In this document: positions 10,050-18,488 of the stretch, piece after piece
How positions within the stretch are numbered: position 1 is the stretch's first letter
Layout: each line of letters starts with the position of its first letter
From: Cyanobacteria bacterium P01_F01_bin.150
GTDB lineage: Bacteria; Cyanobacteriota; Cyanobacteriia; CAKZMO01
Assembly (NCBI GenBank): GCA_039189765.1
Contig: JBCCYL010000019.1
Location: forward strand, 1 to 64,000
DNA: 64,000 nucleotides
Direction: 5' to 3'
Program-made: the position numbers and the translations under genes
The notes under the pieces: model-generated
What the model was told of the DNA's origin: nothing
Databases searched by the model: none
Seen by the model: only the letters and a program-made list of their open reading frames with translations

Positions 10050-10616
10050 ATGCCTAGAAAACCGAGAATCCTAAAACAGGGATACAGCTACCATGTCACG
10101 ATACGGTGCAATAATCGAGAATTTAGACTGCATCAACAAGAGTGTCGTGAGGTATTTTTGTATGCGATAAAACAAGGACTCACTAAGTTTGATTTTAAGC
10201 TGTATGCCCTGTGCATCATGAGTAATCATGTGCATTATCTATTGGAACCCAAACAGGCAAGAGAGTTGCCACATATTATGCATTTCCTCAATTGGTATAC
10301 AGCGATGTGTTTTAATCGGATGCTAAACCGGACGGGGCATTTCTGGGAAAAACGATACTTTTCCGATGGCTTTCCACCTGATGATAAAGAACGAGCCTTA
10401 AATACGTTGCGCTATATCCATGCCAACCCCAAAGCAGCGAAAATTTGCTCGGGTTTTTTCTATGATTTTAGTAACTATGGCACCTACGAGCGACTTACTA
10501 ATGATGGTCTAACTCAATGGCAAAGTGAGGGGATGGGGAGATTGGGAGACGGGGAGATTGGGAGACGGGGAGATTATGTTGATCATTGGTTGGCTGGTTC
10601 GATAGGTAATAAATGA
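10050..10616 (+). pseudogene. REP-associated tyrosine (RAYT/IS200-like Y1) transposase, apparently 3'-truncated
   Basis: YHVTIRCNNR, HUH motif MSNHVHYL, GHFWEKRY, LRYIHANP; after ~10525 the ORF runs into G-rich repeats. Confidence 0.75.
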
Positions 10617-10960
10617 GTGGGCGATCGCCTTTTTCCAGCAATGAGCTGAAGGGCGATCGCGTCTTTTGTTAGTCCTTAAAACCGGAGTAAGAAGCCCAAG
10701 AAATGGGGAGATAAGAGCAATCGCAGCTTGCCCCAGGATTGCAGTAATTGCGCAAGAGACAAAACGCGATCGCCCAGTCCCCCAGTCCCCCAGTCCAGAA
10801 GTGGGAGCGGAGGAAGTGGCGAGAGTGATGCATCTCAATCGAAATCTCCCTCCACTTTCACCCCGTCTCCCAGTCCCCTTGTCCCCCAGTCAATCCCCCC
10901 CCTGGCGCTTAGAACGGGAGGTTTGAGACTTGAACTAAGAAGTGATATGATTAGCCCAGC

Positions 10961-11137
10961 CTACTCGTCGTCCCCATCAAAAGAACAATATAATCCTATA
11001 CAAAATCCATCCGTACAACACACAACACCCGCAAGAGTTTCTTCTGAAAGCCCTAGCAGCAAAGCGCTAGGCAGTTCACCTGTAGGAGTACGGTCAACAG
11101 GTTGCTGAGGATTGGGAGTGATAGTCTTCTTGTTCAT
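10961..11137 (-). CDS. patE: Cyanobactin precursor peptide E2, 58 aa, absent from ORF track (probable core TDGFCIGLYC)
   Basis: Hand translation: MNKKTITPNPQQPVDRTPTGELPSALLLGLSEETLAGVVCCTDGFCIGLYCSFDGDDE*; AAGGAGAG RBS identical to E3. Confidence 0.92.
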   Translation of the reverse strand: MNKKTITPNPQQPVDRTPTGELPSALLLGLSEETLAGVVCCTDGFCIGLYCSFDGDDE

Positions 11138-11693
11138 GAGATTTCTCTCCTTTGAATTTCAGTTTACAACAAGATGATCGCTTAGGGCGATCGGTCCTTT
11201 CTGCGCGCAGTACGCGGAGAAACTTGATGTGATGACGGTGTGGAGGTGTGGAGGTGTCACGAAATCTTTGGCAGGGGGAATGGGAAAGGCAGGGGGGCAG
11301 AGGAAGCGGAGGGGAGTGTGTTGTTCATGGGTTGGATGATCCGAGGATGAAGGAGTGGGCGATCGCACTTTTTTCAGCAGTGGACTGAGAAGTGCGATCG
11401 CGTCTTTTGTTAGTCCTTAAAACCGGAGTAAGAAGTCCAAGAAATGGGGAGATAAGAGCAATCGCAGCTTGCCCCAGGATTGCAGTAATTGCGCAAGAGA
11501 CAAAACGCGATCGCCCAGTCCCCCAGTCCAGAAGTGGGAGCGGAGGAAGTGGCGAGAGTGATGCATCTCAATCGAAATCTCCCTCCACTTTCACCCCGTC
11601 TCCCAGTCCCCTTGTCCCCCAGTCAATCCCCCCCCTGGCGCTCAGAACGGGAGGTTTGAGACTTGAACTAAGAAGTGATATGACTAGTCCAGT

Positions 11694-11882
11694 CTACTCG
11701 TCGTCCCCATCAAAAGAACATTGCATACAATCACAAAATCTCGGTAACCCATCAGCAGCGGGTAGTACATCCGCGCCACACAGGGTGTCTTCTGAAAGCT
11801 CTAGCAAAGCGCTAGGCAGTTGACCTGTAGGAGTACGGTCAACGGGTTGCTGAGGATTGGGCGAAATAGTCTTCTTGTTCAT
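11694..11882 (-). CDS. patE: Cyanobactin precursor peptide E3 (probable core ADGLPRFCDCMQC)
   Basis: Leader ...LPSALLELSEDTL, RSII-like DVLPA, follower SFDGDDE. Confidence 0.92.
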   Translation of the reverse strand: MNKKTISPNPQQPVDRTPTGQLPSALLELSEDTLCGADVLPAADGLPRFCDCMQCSFDGDDE

Positions 11883-12102
11883 GAGATTTCTCTCCTTTGA
11901 ATTTTAGTTTACAACAAGATGATCGCTTAGGGCGATCGGTCCTTTCTGCGCGCAGGACGCGGAGAAACTTTGGTGACGGTTGGCGGGTCACGAATTCTTT
12001 TCTGAGACTGGGGGACGAGGGGACTGGGTGATGGGGAGATTGTGTTGATCATGGGTTTGATGGTTCATAAATGACGTGGGGATGTGGGGGAACGGGAAGT
12101 TT

Positions 12103-12483
12103 TTAGAGGAGCCAGTTGTTTGGAGTATTGATCATTTTGACGAGGCTTCCTAGAACTCGGTTGTAGCCTTGGTAGAGGTCTTTGGCGATCGCCACGTCCA
12201 AATATCCACATTTGACGGCAAACTTTAACCACACTTGGGTTTCCGCCGCCTCAGCTTCCGCATCACTTAGTTTGGCAATAAACGCAGCCCGATACCGACG
12301 TTTTCTCCAGGCTTCCGCTAAGTTAGCGCAAACAGACCGAGACGATCGCCGAATCTGATCCGTCAACGAGTACCGCTCCTCAACCGGAAACACCTTAGAC
12401 ACTTCAAAAATCCGCATCGCCGCTCCAAATGCCACTTGATAAACCTCTAGATCTTCGTGAGTCTTGATCTTTTTCTGATCCAT
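12103..12483 (-). CDS. Four-helix-bundle protein (23S rRNA intervening-sequence protein family)
   Basis: HEDLEVYQ..FPVEERYSLTDQIRRSSRSVCANLAEAW motif. Confidence 0.9.
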   Translation of the reverse strand: MDQKKIKTHEDLEVYQVAFGAAMRIFEVSKVFPVEERYSLTDQIRRSSRSVCANLAEAWRKRRYRAAFIAKLSDAEAEAAETQVWLKFAVKCGYLDVAIAKDLYQGYNRVLGSLVKMINTPNNWLL

Positions 12484-12489
12484 TGTTTT

Positions 12490-12598
12490 GGGACGAGGGG
12501 ATGGGGGGATGGGGAGACGAGGGGATAGGGGGATGGGGAGACGAGGGGATAGGGGGATGGGGAGACGAGGGGATAGGGGGATGGGGCGACGAGGGGAT
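12490..12598. repeat. G-rich 24-bp tandem repeat (~4.5 copies)
   Basis: Unit GACGAGGGGATAGGGGGATGGGGA. Confidence 0.9.
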
Positions 12599-13335
12599 TG
12601 TGTTGTTGATGGGTTTGATAATGCGGTAGATGGTGAAGGAATGGGCGATTGACTTTTTCGAGTAGTGAACTGAAAAGGGCGATCGCATCTTTATTTAGTC
12701 TTTAAACCAGGGAAATCAATCCAGAAAATAAGAGGAAAGAAACGATTACAACTTGACCTAAACTTGGATAAAGCATGCAAGCGGCAAAACGCGATCGCCC
12801 CTTGAAATTTCGCTAAGCTGTGGCCCCTGAAATCGCTAAGCGAACAGCAGCTACCTTGGTGAACTAGGCACGTAGAGTAATCAGTAAACTTTAAGTAAGA
12901 TCCTAAATAAATAACTTCAATAAAAGCAATCTGGTAACGCATCACTTTAGAACAGTATTTAGTTATGAACTTAGCGACTAGTCAAACGGTTTATCTTGCC
13001 GATTAGCTTACAACAAAGCACAAGTAAAGATAGTCTCAAGATATAAGTTTTTAAGTTTATTTGGGCATAATTTCTATAAAAGCATAGAAAAACAAAATCC
13101 TGGTAAAATCTCTTCTTTTTTTACAATTATAAAAATATGTTTATATTGACCGTTGGGGGAAAGATACGGCGATCGCCACTACGCAATATTTATGGGCGAT
13201 ATGTGACTATTGCCAATCATATTTGCCAATTTGATGAGCTGTTACAACCATATGAAGGATTTTAGATGAGGCATACACATTAATCTATGGTGAAGCATGG
13301 TTTAATGTCTGTCTGTTCCTATACCTATTGCTTCC

Positions 13336-13950
13336 ATGTCTCCTGCGCTTAAATTTGCCATTATTGCGGCTCATTTTTCTGTCTATATTGTGTCCGCCAT
13401 CAGCGTCTGGATATTTTCTCGCCGCAGTCAGTTCTACCAAACTACGGTGAAATTGCGATCGCTCCCCTTCATCTACTGTGGTTACGCCAGCTTTGCGATC
13501 GCCGCCAGCTACGAAATCGCTGAACATATGGCCGACGATTGGATCTATAGGAGCCAAATCTCCGGTCTCAACCGTCTGTTTTATACCTTTATCGTGGCAG
13601 GCGTTAGTCTAATTGCCATGGGCCTCAAAAAAGCCTGGTGGACTGACCTATTGCTAATCGCCAGCGTTATTATCACCGCCGTCACCTACGGCATCAACGA
13701 TAGCAAGAGCTTTATTCAAATCAGCCAGCTAATCGCCGCAGCGATTTTTGTCTACCACTGGTATGTCACCATGCGGGACTGGCGAGTATTTTTATATGTA
13801 GTCTTCTCCAATATTCTGGCCCTAGCCGCTGGTATCGTTTTGATTGCCACCGGAAATCAGGTCTGGCATGTATTTATTGGTCCCCTGTCGGCGATCGCCC
13901 TGCTAATTCTGGGCTACGTCGCCTGGGTCCGCCCCTACCGCAACGTATAG
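13336..13950 (+). CDS. Hypothetical multi-pass membrane protein
   Basis: 204-aa ORF with ~7 hydrophobic segments. Confidence 0.75.
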   Translation: MSPALKFAIIAAHFSVYIVSAISVWIFSRRSQFYQTTVKLRSLPFIYCGYASFAIAASYEIAEHMADDWIYRSQISGLNRLFYTFIVAGVSLIAMGLKKAWWTDLLLIASVIITAVTYGINDSKSFIQISQLIAAAIFVYHWYVTMRDWRVFLYVVFSNILALAAGIVLIATGNQVWHVFIGPLSAIALLILGYVAWVRPYRNV

Positions 13951-13967
13951 GTTTCAAACAGCATACT

Positions 13968-14975
13968 ATGCATATTCAGCTTTGGATTTTACTGGCAACG
14001 ACCATCTATCAGGCGATCGCCCTCCTGCTTGAAAACCAAACGCCACCCCCCGGCCAACGCATCGATATCGGTGGCTACAAGCTGCATTTATATGGTTCAC
14101 CGCCCCTTGACGCAACAGATCCCAGGGTTCTTCAAGAACCCTGGGATCTTAAGTCCACTATGCCTACGATTGTCTTAGACCACAGCTTAGGCGGCATTGA
14201 AGGCTACCTGCTAATCGATGCCCTGTCAGAACTAGCCCCTGTATATGCCTATGATCGGGCGGGCTATGGCTGGAGTGATTTTAGCCCCCATCGTCGGACA
14301 AGCGATCGCATCGTGGATGAACTAGACACCCTTCTTACCCGCGCTCAGATTAAGCCACCGTATGTGCTAGTGGGAGACTCCTTCGGCAGTTACAATATGC
14401 GCCTTTACGCCCATCGATTCCCCAAAAAAGTTGTGGGACTGGTGCTAACCGATGGCCTCCACGAGTCGGGAATGCTGGCTATGCCGTGGCAGCTAAAAGC
14501 AGTGCATTACCTATTTATTTCTGGCTTTTTAATGTCCATCGTGGGCAGTATCTTGGGTATCGTGCGGGTCTTCAATACCGTTGGCATGTTTCACTTAATC
14601 AAACCATCGTTGCGACGGTGTTCGCCCCAAGCCTTAAAAGCCGTAACCCGATCCTTCTGTCGGCCCAAACACTGGATCACCATGACCCAAGAACTGTGGT
14701 TTATGGCAACCAGTGGGCAACAAATAAAAACCGCCGATAGCTTGGGAGATCTGCCGTTGGTCAGCATCAAAGCCCGAGGATTTTTTCTGCCGTCTCCTAT
14801 TATGAGTTTGTTGCCGCTAGCCATGATCGAGCGATTACGGGAGGGGATGCATAAACGATTGCTTCAGCTTTCAACGCGCAGCCTTCAGATCAAGGCAGAC
14901 CACAGCGATCACTTTGTTTGGGTCGAACAACCACAGGTCATGATAGATGCGGTTAAGCTAGTTATAAATCAGTGA
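13968..14975 (+). CDS. Alpha/beta-fold hydrolase
   Basis: YDRAGYGWSD, nucleophile elbow GDSFG, C-terminal SDHFV. Confidence 0.88.
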   Translation: MHIQLWILLATTIYQAIALLLENQTPPPGQRIDIGGYKLHLYGSPPLDATDPRVLQEPWDLKSTMPTIVLDHSLGGIEGYLLIDALSELAPVYAYDRAGYGWSDFSPHRRTSDRIVDELDTLLTRAQIKPPYVLVGDSFGSYNMRLYAHRFPKKVVGLVLTDGLHESGMLAMPWQLKAVHYLFISGFLMSIVGSILGIVRVFNTVGMFHLIKPSLRRCSPQALKAVTRSFCRPKHWITMTQELWFMATSGQQIKTADSLGDLPLVSIKARGFFLPSPIMSLLPLAMIERLREGMHKRLLQLSTRSLQIKADHSDHFVWVEQPQVMIDAVKLVINQ

Positions 14976-15073
14976 TATTAGCTTGAAGCAAGGCATTTAT
15001 CCTACATGAATCGGTTTTTAAATGGTTTACTAAAGCCATCCACCCGCTTAGAACATCAGCAGTCCTAGAGATC

Positions 15074-16171
15074 ATGTCACAACCCAGCCTTTATATTGCC
15101 ATCACCAATCATGGTTTTGGCCACACTACCCGTAGTTCTGCCCTTGTCGATCATTTGCAACAGCAATGCCCTGACCTAAAAGTAATCGTAGCATCCACAG
15201 CTCCCCAATGGCTGATTAACTCTTATATTCGCAGCGATTATATCTACCGACCCCAGGCCTTTGATATTGGGGTGATTCAAAGTGACAGCGTCACAATGGA
15301 TAAAGAAGCGACCCTAGAAAAATTGCAGCAAATTCAAAAGCATCAAGACGAACTAATTTGTGACGAAGCAGAGTTCTTAAAGCAGCACAATGTGGGATTG
15401 GTCATCGGTGATATTCCTCCCCTTGCAACAAAAATTGCCCACGCAGCCGGAGTTCCCTGCTGGATGGCCAGTAATTTCGGCTGGGACTTTATTTATCGAG
15501 ATTGGGGAAACGACCTCAATGGGGCATTTGTAGAAATTACCGAGTGGATTGCAGACTGCTTCAGCGAGTGCGATCGCCTCTTTCGTCTACCCTTTTACGA
15601 AGCAATGTCCGCCTTCCCTACAGTTGAAGATGTGGGGCTAACAGCAGGCAGCCCCCGCTACGATAATGACGAACTGCGCCAGATCTTCGACATAACGGCA
15701 CCCAAAGAAAAAACCGTTCTCCTCACATTTGGTGGTTTAGGGTTAGCAGAAGTGCCCTATGAGGCCCTCCGTGCTCGAACAGACTGGCAGTTTATTACTT
15801 TTGACCATCAGCCCCCATCGGACTTCCCAAACTTGCTTAAAGTTACCGATCGCACCTATCGCCCGGTGGACTTTATGCCCCTTTGTGGTCAAATTGTTTC
15901 CAAGCCAGGATATAGCACCTTTGCCGAAGCGTGCCGGGTAGAGGTACCTGTCACGTCTGTAGAACGCCGCGATTTTGCAGAAGCGCCAGTATTAGTAAAA
16001 GGGCTTAAAGAGCACGCACACCATAAGCTCTTGACCATAGAGGAACTATATGCGGGAGATTGGGCCTTTTTAGATACACCGTTTAATCCACCCCAAACCC
16101 AACAAAAATTTAGGAAAGATGGTAATGAGACAATTGTCCAAGCCATTCTTCAACACTTTGAGCGTTTCTAA
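15074..16171 (+). CDS. GT-B glycosyltransferase-like protein
   Basis: NHGFGHTTR N-terminal motif, VSKPGYSTFAEA. Confidence 0.8.
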   Translation: MSQPSLYIAITNHGFGHTTRSSALVDHLQQQCPDLKVIVASTAPQWLINSYIRSDYIYRPQAFDIGVIQSDSVTMDKEATLEKLQQIQKHQDELICDEAEFLKQHNVGLVIGDIPPLATKIAHAAGVPCWMASNFGWDFIYRDWGNDLNGAFVEITEWIADCFSECDRLFRLPFYEAMSAFPTVEDVGLTAGSPRYDNDELRQIFDITAPKEKTVLLTFGGLGLAEVPYEALRARTDWQFITFDHQPPSDFPNLLKVTDRTYRPVDFMPLCGQIVSKPGYSTFAEACRVEVPVTSVERRDFAEAPVLVKGLKEHAHHKLLTIEELYAGDWAFLDTPFNPPQTQQKFRKDGNETIVQAILQHFERF

Positions 16172-16216
16172 GAAATGCTCAGTAGTCTCTCGAACGCTTC
16201 ATGACTCACATCAGAT

Positions 16217-16895
16217 TTAAGGGATGGTTGTTGCTCCATTTTCTAACTCAGTAACTAAGATATCCTCAGGTTCAAAGTGATCCAGCAGCAAGGATGATTG
16301 GGTTGAGATAATGATTTGTGTATCCACTGCCGCCGATTTAATCATAGATGCCAGCATCGAGATGGCGTGGGGATGCAAACCCAGTTCCGGCTCATCTAAC
16401 AAGATAATATAGGGCCGTTCTTCGGGCAGTTGGAGTAATAGCACTGCTAAGCAAATAAACCGCAGCGTCCCATCAGAAAGAGACGATACATCAAAATATT
16501 GATCGGAAGATGTATGTATCCACTCCAGGCGAATCTTATTTTCCTTGAGCCGTAGGGGTTCCAGCTGAAAATCTTGCAGAAAAGGAGGTATCTAGTTCAT
16601 TGGGTTGAAGGGTAATCGCATATTTAACTTCGCAAAAATCAAAGCTGAGAACAGTTTCTTGCGTAAATTTAGCTCCAAAGTGCAAAATGCGATTGGCTCC
16701 ACCTTTGTAGCTCGTGTATGGTTGAAGCCTCCCACTTCCTATCGCTGTGGCACATGCAAAGGCTTCAATAAAATTTGATTTACCTGAACCGTTGGCACCC
16801 ACTAAAATATTAATTGGGTTAAGCCTTAGGTCTGTAATTTCCCGAATGCTTCGGAACCCCTTGATTGAAATGGATTCTAAGATGTTGTTATCCAT
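16217..16895 (-). pseudogene. AAA/ABC-type ATPase (AAA_21-like) remnant with internal deletion and frameshift
   Basis: Walker A GANGSGKS in 16536-16895; LSDGTLRF and LLDEPELGLHP...STQS in another frame only ~300 bp away; ends abruptly. Confidence 0.75.
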
Positions 16896-17095
16896 AGTGG
16901 CGATCGCGAAAGCAGCAGGCTATTCCTCAAGTACTAAAGCCATAATAATCGAAGCCACCTCTTGATTGTCGTTCTTAACCTAATTAAAGTAAATACCCGA
17001 TTGGAGACCTACATATCCGTAATCGATGAGCATCAAGAAGAAGATCACACTAGTCCACATACCTTTGGGATTCTGTTCTGGGTGGAGAAAATTTT

Positions 17096-18451
17096 ATGCC
17101 CCAAGCTAATGACCGTCTTTCAAACACAACTCCTTATTCTGTTGGCTCTGGAACTTTGAAGTCCATTGAAAGCTACAGAAAGAAAGAAAGCCGCGAAAAT
17201 CCTTTTCAGTTCTCAGATTTGGAGACGAGGCTTCAGCAATCTGAATCGTCACCTCTAAATCATATTAATTTTGAGTCTGTGAATGAGCCTGACTGTGCGC
17301 ATGAGGACAACGACGATAGCAAAGAAGAGGCATCCCTCTTGCAGTCAGAACTGAGCCAGGAGAATGGCCTCGATATTGATGACAGAGTATTCTTTTCCGA
17401 AGAGGGCATGGTCAAGTGGCGAGATATTAGCAAATATGTTTTAATTCCTGGAGCTATCGGCGGTGCTGGCCGATGGATTCGTAGAGAGATGCAGTTACAA
17501 CGCCAGGTTCCTCCCCCCGTAGCCTCAAATTTCTGGTCGTCCCATAGTTTCTATTACAGCACAACCTTAGGGGTGATTGCTGCCATTATTGGCAATTTTG
17601 TGTTGGCACGATTGCTGTTAAAGATCGACAAAAATAAATTAACGTACATGGGCTTATCCCTGGTTTTTGGACTGTTCTACAGCTCCGTTTTTGCCATGGG
17701 AGGCCAAACTGTTTTAAGTTCTGAAGACAAGCTTGGCCACAATCAAGGTGTGGCAACAACATCGGATCAGCAAGAGGTCCAACAAGCGGCTCTTGTATCC
17801 AATAAAGTAATCGCCGCCAGCAGCGACGATCCGGATGTGAAAGAAGAGGCAATCCAAGTGAGTGAGACGATCGCCCTTCGTAGCACCCATGCCAGCGTAC
17901 AAAATGAAGCCATTGAGACGAGCAAAGCGATCGCCCTCCACAGCGATAATGCCAGCGTACAGGGCGAAGCGTTGGAAGCCAGTCGGGCAATCGCCACTCG
18001 CGAAGAAGTTGATGAAGTCGTACAGCAAAATGCCATTGCTGCCAGTGAAGCGATCGCCACCAGGAGCACTGACGATGGGGTAAAGCAGGAAGCCATTGCC
18101 ACCAGTGAGGCGATCGCCACTGGCGACACCAGCAACGCCAACGTCCAGCAAGAAGCGATCGAATCCAGTAAGAAAATTGCCATCAATGAAACGGTCGAGG
18201 TTCGAGAACAAGCCATTAATTCAACTGCTGCCATTTTAGAGATTGCGACCGATATCGAGATTCAAAATGCAGCCGTTCAGTCGATTCGTGAATTAACGAT
18301 CACACCGGAAGCGACTCAGACCGATCAGAACCTTTACCAGACTGCCCTAAAGGCATTGGGCCAAATTGATACTGAGAGGCTCGATCCATCTGTAGTTGTT
18401 CAGATTAATGAATCTAAAGAAGAATTTGAGGAGGCTCTCCAGCTTAATTAG
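17096..18451 (+). CDS. Membrane protein with C-terminal ~19-21-aa helical (HEAT-like) tandem repeats
   Basis: Three hydrophobic segments, then repeats of V(Q/K)xEAI..S.AIA. Confidence 0.75.
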   Translation: MPQANDRLSNTTPYSVGSGTLKSIESYRKKESRENPFQFSDLETRLQQSESSPLNHINFESVNEPDCAHEDNDDSKEEASLLQSELSQENGLDIDDRVFFSEEGMVKWRDISKYVLIPGAIGGAGRWIRREMQLQRQVPPPVASNFWSSHSFYYSTTLGVIAAIIGNFVLARLLLKIDKNKLTYMGLSLVFGLFYSSVFAMGGQTVLSSEDKLGHNQGVATTSDQQEVQQAALVSNKVIAASSDDPDVKEEAIQVSETIALRSTHASVQNEAIETSKAIALHSDNASVQGEALEASRAIATREEVDEVVQQNAIAASEAIATRSTDDGVKQEAIATSEAIATGDTSNANVQQEAIESSKKIAINETVEVREQAINSTAAILEIATDIEIQNAAVQSIRELTITPEATQTDQNLYQTALKALGQIDTERLDPSVVVQINESKEEFEEALQLN

Positions 18452-18488
18452 CCATCTGGAAAACAGGCTTAACCCTGAGCCTCTGGAG

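Larger units (their letters stand above)
10617..11970. repeat. Tandem duplication of a ~740-bp precursor cassette (homologous blocks ~10617-11230 and ~11355-11970)
   Basis: 10653-10960 and 11394-11693 are near-identical, as are the leader-coding and RBS regions; cores differ. Confidence 0.93.

Noticed and set aside
10509..11823. ORFs 10509-10838, 10666-10926, 10728-11108, 11159-11368, 11392-11823
   Set aside because: Frames not conserved among cassette copies, low complexity, or antisense to real precursors; none resembles PatB or PatC
8309..12483. Diversity-generating retroelement acting on the precursor cores (Avd-like gene nearby)
   Set aside because: No reverse transcriptase in the window; cores differ in length and at all base types, not as an adenine-specific TR/VR pair
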